Source: a plasmid
Sequence record: NZ_CP139428.1
Reading direction: 5' to 3' (one strand)
Length of the DNA stretch: 64,000 nt
A model generated the notes under the pieces. That model did no database searches, was not told the DNA's origin, and saw only the letters and a program-made list of their open reading frames with translations. The position numbers were made by a program, and so were the translations under genes. Of the stretch, positions 39,666 through 51,172 are shown piece by piece; position 1 is the first letter of the stretch; each line of letters begins with the position of its first letter.

Positions 39666-40212
39666 GGCACCGCGACTCCCCGCCCGCGTGCTTGGCGTTG
39701 CCGCCCTGGTGCTCAGCGGCTGGCTACCGGCATCGCCCCTGTTGGCGGCGCCGGCGGTACAGGTGGGGTTTTCACCGGAAGGGTCGGCGCAGCAGCTGGT
39801 ACTGAGCGTTATCGGTGAGGCGCAGCGCGATATTCGCCTGATGGGGTACGCCTTTACCTCGCCGGAGGTGGCGCGGGCGCTGATTGCGGCGCACCGGCGC
39901 GGCGTGACTGTCGGGGTGGTGGTCGATGCGAAGGCCAACCAGAATGGCGCCGGCCGGGCGGCATTGAACCTGCTGGCCAACGCCGGCGTGAACGTCAGGA
40001 CGGTCAACAGCTATAAAATTTTGCACGACAAGGTGATCGTCGTGGATGGCGTGACGACCGAAACGGGAAGCTTTAATTTCAGCCGATCGGCACATCGCGC
40101 CAACTCAGAAAATGTGGTGGTGCTGCGCGACATGCCGGAGGTGGCCAAACAGTACCTGGCGCACTGGCAATCCCGCTGGGCGCAGGGCCAGGACTGGCAG
40201 TCGACTTACTAA
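39658..40212 (+). CDS. nuc: PLD-family periplasmic endonuclease (Nuc-like, HKD motif)
   Basis: Signal peptide. ILHDKVIVVDG HxK(x)4D motif. Confidence 0.8.
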   Translation: MSKAPRLPARVLGVAALVLSGWLPASPLLAAPAVQVGFSPEGSAQQLVLSVIGEAQRDIRLMGYAFTSPEVARALIAAHRRGVTVGVVVDAKANQNGAGRAALNLLANAGVNVRTVNSYKILHDKVIVVDGVTTETGSFNFSRSAHRANSENVVVLRDMPEVAKQYLAHWQSRWAQGQDWQSTY

Positions 40213-40225
40213 GAAAGGAAATCGG

Positions 40226-41008
40226 ATGGCGATGTTTGATCCGCACAGCGGAAAACTGCAGCAGGTGCGCGAAGTGGTGCACTTCACCCCGTTGCAGCAG
40301 GACGTACTGAAATTTTTGGCGCTGGTGCTGATGGTGTTCGACCACGCCAACCGGGCGCTGGGGCTGCATGAGCCGGTGCTGTTGCTGCTGGGGCGCGGGG
40401 CGTTTCCGCTGTTCGCCCTGCTGTGGGGGTACAATCTGGCCTCGCGGCCTGTCCGGCAGGCGCAGGCGACCCGGCTGTGGATATGGGCCGTGGTTGCCCA
40501 GCCGGGCTACTGGCTGGTGATGCGTCATGACGGGCGTGAATTTTTTGATCCGAACATTCTTTTCTTGTTCGCCGTGGTAACGCAAGCGCTTGTGCTGACT
40601 TCACGGCCAATGAGCAAAGGTTCACCTAACCCGTTGTTGGTCGGTGTCGTTCTGTTGGCTTTGTGGGGTGTTTATGGCGCTACAGACGGTACTTACGGTA
40701 CTGCCGGCGTTCTGTTGCTGTTGGCCAGTTATGGGCTGTGCGTTTCCCTGCCGGGGTACGTGACGGCCGTCTGGCCGGTGCGCGGGCTGGCGATCGTGGC
40801 CTGGCCGCTCTTGGTACTGATGCTCAATGCCGAGCTGGGCGGCACGATGATGCTGGCCGGGTTATTGTTGCCGGCACTGCTCATCCTGGGGACGCTGCCG
40901 CTGGCGACGGCGTTCAATCAACGGCGCCTGTTGCCGCGGGGGTTTTTCCTGCAGACCTACGTGGCGCACCTGCTGGCGCTGGGGCTGGCCGGCGTGTTTT
41001 TACACTGA
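40226..41008 (+). CDS. traX: TraX pilin acetylase
   Basis: VLMVFDHANRALGL. Multi-TM. Position after traI. Confidence 0.75.
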   Translation: MAMFDPHSGKLQQVREVVHFTPLQQDVLKFLALVLMVFDHANRALGLHEPVLLLLGRGAFPLFALLWGYNLASRPVRQAQATRLWIWAVVAQPGYWLVMRHDGREFFDPNILFLFAVVTQALVLTSRPMSKGSPNPLLVGVVLLALWGVYGATDGTYGTAGVLLLLASYGLCVSLPGYVTAVWPVRGLAIVAWPLLVLMLNAELGGTMMLAGLLLPALLILGTLPLATAFNQRRLLPRGFFLQTYVAHLLALGLAGVFLH

Positions 41009-41018
41009 GTCGCCGCTG

Positions 41019-41279
41019 ATGTTACTAACCGCTTCGCACTTTGCCCAGGCCTCGTTACTTGACCAGGTGACGATCGCCACGGCCGCGGGGCGCGTTGTCC
41101 GCTTTACCGATATGATGGCTTTTGGTAGAGTGGGAAAAATTTTGCATTCGATGGTTGTCCACGCCAGAAGGTGGACGGGATGGAGCGGAGCTCCAGACGC
41201 AAAAACCCCCGGATTACGCATGAACTTTGGTCGGTACGCGCGTAAATCCGGGGGTCACAAGCAGGCCTGCCGCCTGTAA
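41019..41279 (+). CDS. hypothetical protein (not FinO)
   Basis: 86-aa ORF. Confidence 0.25.
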   Translation: MLLTASHFAQASLLDQVTIATAAGRVVRFTDMMAFGRVGKILHSMVVHARRWTGWSGAPDAKTPGLRMNFGRYARKSGGHKQACRL

Positions 41280-41329
41280 GGAAGTATACTGTATGCGTAT
41301 CCTACGTCAATCCCCCCTGCCGACCCTAA

Positions 41330-42430
41330 GTGCAGGGGAACGTGCATAGTCAAAATGCCGCGCAGGTAAATCCTGTAAAATCAACCATTTCACGCCGTGG
41401 TGCCAATAATGCGCAGCGGCGCGGGCAACAAAAAATTCATCGTCGTTACACCCCAAACCTGTGCTGCCGGGTGCCGAAGGGCATGGCGAGCAAGGTGGTG
41501 GCGCGCATGAGCAGCCACGACTGGCGGCGCAATGATGACCTGATCGGCCTGCGCCGGCAGGGTTATATCCCTTATACCCAACGCAACAATCCGGACTACC
41601 GTCCCAAACCGATGCGTATTGCTGCGCGTTCGGAAAGCCGCGAGGCGCTGACGGTGCTCTCGATGGTGCTGGGCGCCAACTGCGACTACAACCCGGACAG
41701 CGACTACCCGTTCGAGATCATGCTGCCGTTCGAGGACGTGGCCAAAGCGATGGGGGTGCTGCACGTCTACGAAAGCGGCCGCAAGGCGTATGACGTGGCG
41801 TTGCATGCGCTGTCGGTGCTCGAGCAGCTGGACTACCTCATCGTGTCGCGCGGGCAGGATACTGACACCGGTCAGAACAAGCCACTGCGCATCTGGTTGA
41901 CGGAGAACTTCTTCACCAGTCGCGGCATCCAGGTGGACGAAATTCGCCAGTGGCTGAATCAGTACCGGCTGTGGGCGATTAAAAACGGCCTGACCGAAAC
42001 GCTCAGGCAAAAATACGAGCGCCACCTGGTGCGCATCGCGCATCTGGGGATCGACATCGAGCGCAAGCACTCGCTGAAAAACCGGCTGAAAAAGATCCGG
42101 CGCTGGGTAGTGAGCCCCGATCTGCAAAACCTCAAGCGCAACGCGGAGCAGGTGATTGGCAACGAACTGGCCAGGCGGCAGCAGAACGAGCAGCGGTTGG
42201 ATACGTTGCTGGATGACACCGCTGCCGGCATCAAAAAACTGGCCACCGCCCGGCGCCAGAAGCAGAACGGCTTTTATCAGGCCTGGGTGCAGTGGACGAT
42301 GGGCAGCTCGCCGCTGAAGGCGATGCAGCTGGAGAATACGCTCAAGCATGAACAGCCCGGACTGCTGAACAGCGATCCGGAGGCGTTCTATCGCTTGCTG
42401 CTGGAGCGCGCCGGCGCTATCCCCGCCTAA
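41330..42430 (+). CDS. repA: IncFII-type RepA-like replication initiator (start codon uncertain)
   Basis: Position downstream of traX as in F-like replicons. Architecture and basic C-terminus resemble RepA1. Confidence 0.5.
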   Translation: MQGNVHSQNAAQVNPVKSTISRRGANNAQRRGQQKIHRRYTPNLCCRVPKGMASKVVARMSSHDWRRNDDLIGLRRQGYIPYTQRNNPDYRPKPMRIAARSESREALTVLSMVLGANCDYNPDSDYPFEIMLPFEDVAKAMGVLHVYESGRKAYDVALHALSVLEQLDYLIVSRGQDTDTGQNKPLRIWLTENFFTSRGIQVDEIRQWLNQYRLWAIKNGLTETLRQKYERHLVRIAHLGIDIERKHSLKNRLKKIRRWVVSPDLQNLKRNAEQVIGNELARRQQNEQRLDTLLDDTAAGIKKLATARRQKQNGFYQAWVQWTMGSSPLKAMQLENTLKHEQPGLLNSDPEAFYRLLLERAGAIPA

Positions 42431-42609
42431 CTTCCTCCCACATACAGAATTGTTACCCTGCCTGACCCGCGGGGGTTTTGTGCTGCCTGTTTCCCGCCGC
42501 TGATGCCAGGTTGGCCATTCGGCCGGGGTGTTTCGGCTGATGTCGGCGTGATTTTCACGGCCGCCGACGGCGATCCGGGGCGTTGCTAACATCGATCGGC
42601 AACGAATAA

Positions 42610-42690
42610 ACCCTTAACTTCGACATTAACTTCGTAGGCAGTATTAACTTCGAAATATCACTCGGAGAGATGCTTAATTTCGAAGGTTGT
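42610..42690. repeat. iteron-like direct repeats TTAACTTCG x3 plus a TTAATTTCG variant
   Basis: Seen at 42614-42687. Confidence 0.5.
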
Positions 42691-43440
42691 TTCTGAACAA
42701 ACTAAGCCCTTTAAATAAAGGGAGTCACTCAGCGCACCGGCTTTCGCCGTTGCTGTTGAGTACCTCCCTCACTTTGTTCGGGCAAAAAACAGAGCCTTAC
42801 TCAGTTCCATGCCTCTCTTAACAAAAACCTGATGTAGCACCTGCAGTCACGACTGCAGGCAAAAGGACCTGCACCCACGCCGGAACCGCCGAAATTTCCC
42901 AACCAATGAAATTAGCCAACCTTAGCCCCACAAACCTCCTCACCACCGCTGAAAAGCGGCCCCGCCCCCCGGCCAAAGGCCGGGGAACTGTGTCGCTTTT
43001 AATGATGGATGTTGTAACTAGCATTTAAATCGCTGTCAGAAGTGTTGCTGAACGTTCTTCTTACACGCCCGTAAGCGGCCCTACGGCCCGCTAACGCGGA
43101 GATACGCCACAGCTGCGGCTACGCCTTGCTGTGACCACTCCGACGGCGCACACAACGATGCACAACGCGTTTAGCGGAACTGGTCTTGCAGGGCGAGGGA
43201 TGGGATAGGTGAAATCTATCAAAACAGGGCGGCTTCGCCGCGTCTCCGGCGACCCTGACCAAATGGTGTTCTCTTACCGCGCGGCTGTCGCCTCCATGCG
43301 CTGAAGCGCATACAGGGGCGATGTTGTGAGGACTATGGAACAACACGGGCTAATCGCTGTAACGGTATCGACTGGGTAAATTACTGGTTGTGCATACAGT
43401 TGTCTGCGCTGCCTATTTAATCGCAAAGAGGAGATACGTT

Positions 43441-44157
43441 ATGAGTGGAACCCCACATAACAACAAAGTAACCTATGACGGCTTCAACTGTAACGGCGGT
43501 AAGCCGCCCGAAGCCAATACCAGTTGGAGCCATGTAACCAATGCATGGGAATGGAACGACCTGAAATTAAATCCCGGCTCGATATCTGACTGGTTTCCTG
43601 AAGAAGTAAAAGAAGCACTCGAAAATAACATATGTATCATTTGTGGGGAAAAGAACTGTCCCTATATTAAAAATAACAGAGACTACCAAAATCTCATCAA
43701 TTCCCTGAAAAGTGGGAACGTGGAAGAAGCAAAAAAAGTTTATAGAACAAAGTTTGCACAACTTCGGAAAATACACAAAGCGGAAGTGATGAAAGGACTA
43801 CAAAAGGCCCGCGATGCAAGAAACAATGGTGTTTGTACCGTGCCTTATACCGGTCCAATTCAACATAAACGCGCCATCGCTACGCCTGGTGTATGGAGTG
43901 AGTGGATTGAGTTATTAAATTCCTTTGCTAACGAAACTTCCCCTAATGTTTATACCGTCAGTTTTAATCCTTCGTCGAATATGGAGTCTTCTTTTGATGT
44001 GGAGATAAAATATCCAGAAGCTAATGGAATGAAAACCATTAACACAATGGGGCCCGGTTCATATACAATCAAAGCTACAGGGATCGGAAATACATACATC
44101 AGGGTAAAATCACACTCAAGCCCTGTGACTGTTACCTTTGAATTCCCTGATAAATAA
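43441..44157 (+). CDS. hypothetical protein (AT-rich islet)
   Basis: Strong RBS AAAGAGGAG. ~38% GC against a 60% GC backbone. Confidence 0.55.
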   Translation: MSGTPHNNKVTYDGFNCNGGKPPEANTSWSHVTNAWEWNDLKLNPGSISDWFPEEVKEALENNICIICGEKNCPYIKNNRDYQNLINSLKSGNVEEAKKVYRTKFAQLRKIHKAEVMKGLQKARDARNNGVCTVPYTGPIQHKRAIATPGVWSEWIELLNSFANETSPNVYTVSFNPSSNMESSFDVEIKYPEANGMKTINTMGPGSYTIKATGIGNTYIRVKSHSSPVTVTFEFPDK

Positions 44158-44212
44158 CGCTTCAGTTGAGCGGAGCCACCTTAACTTGGTGGCTCAAGCA
44201 CTTGATAGGTAG

Positions 44213-44596
44213 TCATGGCTTATTATATGACGACAAAATATCATCAAGGATTTCTTTGTTTGGGATCATTTGCCTGTATCCATTCTCAGTCTTTAGGCTG
44301 CTGGCCACATGAGATTTCATAACTAAATTTGAATTGTAGTAAATGAATAAATCTCTGCCAACACTTTTAGAAATAAGCACATTGAGTTTATTTGCACATG
44401 CTATATCATTTTTTAATTTTATGGCTAATGCATAGTCATTTTCCGCGCTTTTTTTAATTGGTGATATTTCCTCGATACACTTTTTATCCAAGATAAATTG
44501 AAGATTATTGCTTTCATATACAAGTTTATTTTTTTTACTATCCACACACCCTACTGAAGTGACGCAAAGAGCAGTAATTAATATAAATTTAAGCAT
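44213..44596 (-). CDS. hypothetical lipoprotein
   Basis: Lipobox LCVTSVGC. Confidence 0.5.
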   Translation of the reverse strand: MLKFILITALCVTSVGCVDSKKNKLVYESNNLQFILDKKCIEEISPIKKSAENDYALAIKLKNDIACANKLNVLISKSVGRDLFIYYNSNLVMKSHVASSLKTENGYRQMIPNKEILDDILSSYNKP

Positions 44597-44897
44597 ATTT
44601 TCAATCCACGATGTCATGCTAATAATTATTTAGACCACCATCGATAACACTCAACCCATGTTTAGTCCAACTTTTGAGCGCATTGGTTGCAGTGGCCATT
44701 CCTTTCACACTGGAAACGGTAGTGTTTTTAAGTTGCCAACACAGCTCTTGTTTGCATCCGGCTTGTCCTTTTCAAAGTGATATGCCCCTATGATGGTAGC
44801 ATTACAGGGGGAGTATTCCAATGAAAGTGATAATCAATATCATTAACAGCTTTTCACGTTTTTCTCATTGAACTACGTGTTGCAGTGAAATCGCGCG

Positions 44898-46172
44898 TTA
44901 TTTCAGTTGCACGACAGGCACATCGTTCAGCCGCGTGGTCCAGGCCGGCGACAGGCGCTGCCGTTTCATCTTCCAGCCGTCGGCCCGATCGGGAATACCC
45001 TGCCCGGCAAACCACACCGGCGCCCGGCCGTCCTGATTGAGGCTGTCGAGCAGCTGCATCAGACGATCGCCGTTTTTGCGCGGCGGCGCGTCGTCAAACA
45101 GGCCGAACTGCGCCACGCGTTCGCTGGTGAAGTCGCCCAGCATCACGCCGCAGCGATGATAGCGGTGGCCGGCGATGAAGATCCGTTCGAGCGCCCGCCG
45201 GGCGGCCTGAATGATGTCACGGCTGTCCTGAGTGGGCGTCGCCAGTCGGGTGGTGGCCTGGTTGCCATAATAGGTCTCGCCGGCGGCGAACGGACTGGTG
45301 GCAACGAACACCGAGATGTGCCGGCAGAACTGCCGCTCGCCACGCAGCTTTTGTGCCGCGCGCTCGGCATGTGCGCAGACTGCCTGACTGACGCTGTCCA
45401 GCTCGGTGGGCTTGTCGCCGAACGAGCGGGAGCAGACGATTTGCTCCTTCGGCGCCGCAAATTCCTCCAGGCCCAGGCAGACGATGCCGTTCAGCTCGCG
45501 CACCGTGCGCTCGAGCACCACCGAGAACTGACGGCGCGCCGCGGCCGCCGGCATGTCGGCCAGCTGCAGCGCGGTGCTGATCCCCATCGTCGCCAGCCGG
45601 CGGGCAATCCGCCGGCCAACGCCCCACACTTCCTCTACCGGCACGTGCGCCATCAGGCGACGTTGACGCGCCGGCGCGCTCAGGTCGACCACACCGCCGG
45701 TCTTGTGCCAGGTCTTGGCGGCGTAGTTGGCCAGTTTGGCCAGCGTCTTGGTCGGCGCGATACCGACGCCGACCGTCAGGTGGGTTCGGCGCCGCACCTC
45801 TTCACGCAGCCGGCGACCGAGTGATTCCAGCTGCGCGGCCGGGATACCGGTCAGATCGCAGAAACATTCATCGATTGAATATACTTCCAGTCGCGGCGTC
45901 AGCTGGCCAAGGATGGCCATCACCCGATGCGACATGTCGGCGTAGTAGGCATAATTCGACGAAAACGCCACTACGCCCTGCCGCTCGGCGTCCCGGGCGA
46001 TTTTGAACCAGGGCTCCCCCATCTTGATGCCGCAGGCTTTCGCCTCGCGGCTGCGCGCGACGACGCAGCCGTCATTATTGGACAGCACCACCACCGGCCG
46101 GCCGCGCAGATCGGGGCGAAAGACGGTTTCGCAGGAGGCGTAGAAGCTGTTGACGTCAACCAGGGCAAACAT
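44898..46172 (-). CDS. umuC: UmuC / DNA polymerase V catalytic subunit (Y-family)
   Basis: [15 protein letters not shown]...[13 protein letters not shown], the canonical Y-family N-terminus. Confidence 0.9.
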   Translation of the reverse strand: MFALVDVNSFYASCETVFRPDLRGRPVVVLSNNDGCVVARSREAKACGIKMGEPWFKIARDAERQGVVAFSSNYAYYADMSHRVMAILGQLTPRLEVYSIDECFCDLTGIPAAQLESLGRRLREEVRRRTHLTVGVGIAPTKTLAKLANYAAKTWHKTGGVVDLSAPARQRRLMAHVPVEEVWGVGRRIARRLATMGISTALQLADMPAAAARRQFSVVLERTVRELNGIVCLGLEEFAAPKEQIVCSRSFGDKPTELDSVSQAVCAHAERAAQKLRGERQFCRHISVFVATSPFAAGETYYGNQATTRLATPTQDSRDIIQAARRALERIFIAGHRYHRCGVMLGDFTSERVAQFGLFDDAPPRKNGDRLMQLLDSLNQDGRAPVWFAGQGIPDRADGWKMKRQRLSPAWTTRLNDVPVVQLK

Positions 46173-46226
46173 GGCGGGGTTCTCCGGGCTTTGCGGAATG
46201 GGCAGATGGCGATAACCGGGGTCGGG

Positions 46227-46304
46227 TTACAGCGTGTGAATGGCGTGGCGCACCACGCCGAAGATCACGGTTTCGATGTCGTCGCCGAGCGGAATGGGCG
46301 CAAA
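46227..46304 (-). pseudogene. umuD: umuD C-terminal fragment (separated from N-part by transposon)
   Basis: Reverse-complement translation FAPIPLGDDIETVIFGVVRHAIHTL* matches the UmuD C-terminus. Abuts the IR. Confidence 0.75.
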
Positions 46305-46493
46305 GGGGGAACCGCAGAATTCGGAAAAAATCGTACGCTAAGCTAACGGTGTTCTCGTGACAGCTCTTTGACTAGGCTTTCTAAGGCCATTCTGATAGCC
46401 CTGACTTCCTGAAAAGCCATGGCTAAAATTTGTGCGGCTAAAAGGGATAACCGATGGTAAAGTAAGTTATCCCTGTCGAGATACTGAAAAGCG

Positions 46494-47539
46494 TTATCCT
46501 CGTTTTTCCCAAAACTGTTTTGCCAGTTCGCTCAGAGCGCTAGTTAACTGAGCGACAGATTTCGCACTTTGCAAATTATTCTGCCCGGTCTGTACATTGG
46601 TATCAGCAGCATCGCGTATATTGATAATACTGCGGTTTATGTCTTCACTTACTGCTCCCTGCTGCTCGACCGCAGTCGCTATTTGCGCGTTCATGTCGGT
46701 AATTTCGTTAACGCGTTGGCCAATTCCATCAAGAGCTGTAGCTGCTTCCTCTGCGTGAGCTACACTCGTGTGCGCTTGCCGACTACTTTGCTCCATGACT
46801 GTAACAGCGGATTGCGCTCGCTCTTGTAGAGCGCTGATCATGCTTTGAATATCCGTTGTCGATTGCTGTGTGCGAGCAGCAAGACTGCGAACCTCATCGG
46901 CGACAACAGCAAAACCACGCCCCTGCTCACCAGCACGCGCGGCCTCAATTGCTGCGTTGAGTGCCAACAAATTCGTTTGCTCGGCGATCCCTCGTATAAC
47001 GTCAAGAACTTTTGATATCTCGTTACTTTGACCTTCAAGCTCATGAATAACCTGAGTGGCTTGCCTAATTTCACCTTCAAGGGCAGTGATTGACTGGCTT
47101 GTGTGGGCTACCAGACGCTGGCCAGATGCCGTCTCAGTGTCTGCTCTTCCGGCCGCATCTGCAGCATGCTGTGCATTGCTCGCAACCTCTTGAATGCTTG
47201 CCACCATTTGGTTTACTGCCGTTGCTATTTGATCTGTCTCTGCCTGCTGCTCAACTGTAAGTACATTGCTTGACTCAATATCCTTTAGTAGGCCTCGGGT
47301 GTGTTCGCTAAGCCGATTTGATGCATCACCTATGCGACCTACTATGGCGCCTGTTTCAGCTTGCATCATTCGTAAAGCAAACTCTATTTGGCCAAACTCA
47401 TCGGTGCGCCCAGTGTAGAGGGATTGACTTAATGGGTTATTGGAAATATTCCTGGCTCTTTCAACCAGTCTTCCAAGAGGAGAGAGAATAGCCAAAACAC
47501 TAACAGAGCTTAAGCTTCCTGACATTAAAGTGGCTAACA
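46494..47539 (-). pseudogene. mcp: methyl-accepting chemotaxis protein (Tn1721 orfI-like mcp), C-terminal portion cut by ISEcp1
   Basis: MCP signalling domain. Reading frame ends at the ISEcp1 IRL. Confidence 0.7.
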
Positions 47540-49195
47540 CCTAGATTCTACGTCAGTACTTCAAAAAGCATAATCAAAGCCTTGATAAATATGCATTCCT
47601 TCGAAATTCAGCTTTCACCCATTGGGTGAAAGAAAAGTGCTCAAAAATATGTTAAATTATCAGCTTTTATGACTCGATATATGGTAAAATAATAGTAAGA
47701 AAAGTAGTAAAAAGGGGTTCTAATTATGATTAATAAAATTGATTTCAAAGCTAAGAATCTAACATCAAATGCAGGTCTTTTTCTGCTCCTTGAGAATGCA
47801 AAAAGCAATGGGATTTTTGATTTTATTGAAAATGACCTCGTATTTGATAATGACTCAACAAATAAAATCAAGATGAATCATATAAAGACCATGCTCTGCG
47901 GTCACTTCATTGGCATTGATAAGTTAGAACGTCTAAAGCTACTTCAAAATGATCCCCTCGTCAACGAGTTTGATATTTCCGTAAAAGAACCTGAAACAGT
48001 GTCACGGTTTCTAGGAAACTTCAACTTCAAGACAACCCAAATGTTTAGAGACATTAATTTTAAAGTCTTTAAAAAACTGCTCACTAAAAGTAAATTGACA
48101 TCCATTACGATTGATATTGATAGTAGTGTAATTAACGTAGAAGGTCATCAAGAAGGTGCGTCAAAAGGATATAATCCTAAGAAACTGGGAAACCGATGCT
48201 ACAATATCCAATTTGCATTTTGCGACGAATTAAAAGCATATGTTACCGGATTTGTAAGAAGTGGCAATACTTACACTGCAAACGGTGCTGCGGAAATGAT
48301 CAAAGAAATTGTTGCTAACATCAAATCAGACGATTTAGAAATTTTATTTCGAATGGATAGTGGCTACTTTGATGAAAAAATTATCGAAACGATAGAATCT
48401 CTTGGATGCAAATATTTAATTAAAGCCAAAAGTTATTCTACACTCACCTCACAAGCAACGAATTCATCAATTGTATTCGTTAAAGGAGAAGAAGGTAGAG
48501 AAACTACAGAACTGTATACAAAATTAGTTAAATGGGAAAAAGACAGAAGATTTGTCGTATCTCGCGTACTGAAACCAGAAAAAGAAAGAGCACAATTATC
48601 ACTTTTAGAAGGTTCCGAATACGACTACTTTTTCTTTGTAACAAATACTACCTTGCTTTCTGAAAAAGTAGTTATATACTATGAAAAGCGTGGTAATGCT
48701 GAAAACTATATCAAAGAAGCCAAATACGACATGGCGGTGGGTCATCTCTTGCTAAAGTCATTTTGGGCGAATGAAGCCGTGTTTCAAATGATGATGCTTT
48801 CATATAACCTATTTTTGTTGTTCAAGTTTGATTCCTTGGACTCTTCAGAATACAGACAGCAAATAAAGACCTTTCGTTTGAAGTATGTATTTCTTGCAGC
48901 AAAAATAATCAAAACCGCAAGATATGTAATCATGAAGTTGTCGGAAAACTATCCGTACAAGGGAGTGTATGAAAAATGTCTGGTATAATAAGAATATCAT
49001 CAATAAAATTGAGTGTTGCTCTGTGGATAACTTGCAGAGTTTATTAAGTATCATTGCAGCAAAGATGAAATCAATGATTTATCAAAAATGATTGAAAGGT
49101 GGTTGTAAATAATGTTACAATGTGTGAGAAGCAGTCTAAATTCTTCGTGAAATAGTGATTTTTGAAGCTAATAAAAAACACACGTGGAATTTAGG
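47540..49195 (+). mobile_element. ISEcp1 (IS1380 family)
   Basis: IRL CCTAGATTCTACGTCAGTACTTCAAAAAGC at 47540. IRR ...ACACACGTGGAATTTAGG ends 42 bp before the bla start codon. Confidence 0.85.
47726..48988 (+). CDS. tnpA: ISEcp1 transposase
   Basis: 420-aa IS1380-family transposase. AT-rich. Confidence 0.9.
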   Translation: MINKIDFKAKNLTSNAGLFLLLENAKSNGIFDFIENDLVFDNDSTNKIKMNHIKTMLCGHFIGIDKLERLKLLQNDPLVNEFDISVKEPETVSRFLGNFNFKTTQMFRDINFKVFKKLLTKSKLTSITIDIDSSVINVEGHQEGASKGYNPKKLGNRCYNIQFAFCDELKAYVTGFVRSGNTYTANGAAEMIKEIVANIKSDDLEILFRMDSGYFDEKIIETIESLGCKYLIKAKSYSTLTSQATNSSIVFVKGEEGRETTELYTKLVKWEKDRRFVVSRVLKPEKERAQLSLLEGSEYDYFFFVTNTTLLSEKVVIYYEKRGNAENYIKEAKYDMAVGHLLLKSFWANEAVFQMMMLSYNLFLLFKFDSLDSSEYRQQIKTFRLKYVFLAAKIIKTARYVIMKLSENYPYKGVYEKCLV

Positions 49196-49219
49196 GAATA
49201 CTGATGTAACACGGATTGA

Positions 49220-50113
<894 letters not shown>

Positions 50114-50115
50114 CT

Positions 50116-51172
50116 GGTTTTGTTGAATAAATCGAACTTTTGCTGAGTTGAAGGATCAGATCACGTATCTTCCCGACAACGCAGACCGTTCCGTGGCAAA
50201 GCAAAAGTTCAAAATCACCAACTGGCCCACCTACAATAAAGCCCTCATCAACCGTGGCTCCATAACTTTCTGGCTGGATGATGAAGCTATTCAGGCCTGG
50301 TATGAGTCAGCAACACCTTCTTCACGAGGCAGACCTCAGCGCTATTCTGACCTTGCCATCACGACTGTGCTGGTCATTAAACGCGTATTCAGGCTGACCC
50401 TGCGCGCTGCGCAGGGCTTTATTGATTCCATTTTTTCTCTGATGAACGTTCCGCTACGCTGCCCGGATTACAGCTGTGTCAGCAGGCGGGCAAAGTCGGT
50501 TAATATCAGTTTCAAAACGCCCACCCGGGGTGAAATCGCACACCTGGTAATTGATTCCACCGGGCTGAAGGTCTTCGGTGAAGGCGAGTGGAAAGTCAAA
50601 AAGCATGGCCAGGAACGCCGTCGTATATGGCGTAAGCTGCATCTGGCAGTTGACAGTAAAACACATGAAATCATCTGCGCTGACCTGTCGCTGAACAACG
50701 TTACGGACTCAGAGGCCTTCCCCGGGTTAATCCGGCAAACCCACCGGAAAATCAGGTCAGCCGCCGCCGATGGAGCTTACGATACCCGGCTCTGTCACGA
50801 TGAACTGCGGCGTAAGAAAATCAGCGCGCTTATCCCGCCCCGAAAAGGTGCGGGTTACTGGCCCGGTGAATATGCAGACCGTAACCGTGCAGTGGCTAAT
50901 CAGCGAATGACCGGGAGTAATGCGCGGTGGAAATGGACAACAGATTACAACCGTCGCTCGATAGCGGAAACGGCGATGTACCGGGTAAAACAGCTGTTCG
51001 GGGGTTCACTGACGCTGCGTGACTACGATGGTCAGGTTGCGGAGGCTATGGCCCTGGTACGAGCGCTGAACAAAATGACGAAAGCAGGTATGCCTGAAAG
51101 CGTGCGTATTGCCTGAAAACACAACCCGCTACGGGGGAGACTTACCCGAAATCTGATTTATTCAACAAAGCC
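50116..51172. mobile_element. IS903 (IS5 family), 1057 bp
   Basis: Terminal IRs GGTTTTGTTGAATAAATC / GATTTATTCAACAAAGCC. Confidence 0.85.
50148..51116 (+). CDS. tnpA: IS903 transposase
   Basis: 322-aa IS5-family DDE transposase. Confidence 0.9.
   Translation: MKDQITYLPDNADRSVAKQKFKITNWPTYNKALINRGSITFWLDDEAIQAWYESATPSSRGRPQRYSDLAITTVLVIKRVFRLTLRAAQGFIDSIFSLMNVPLRCPDYSCVSRRAKSVNISFKTPTRGEIAHLVIDSTGLKVFGEGEWKVKKHGQERRRIWRKLHLAVDSKTHEIICADLSLNNVTDSEAFPGLIRQTHRKIRSAAADGAYDTRLCHDELRRKKISALIPPRKGAGYWPGEYADRNRAVANQRMTGSNARWKWTTDYNRRSIAETAMYRVKQLFGGSLTLRDYDGQVAEAMALVRALNKMTKAGMPESVRIA

Noticed and set aside
41288-41310. Second possible LexA box tatactgtatgcgtatcctacg upstream of repA
   Set aside because: Only the CTGTAT half matches. 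The ACAG half is absent.
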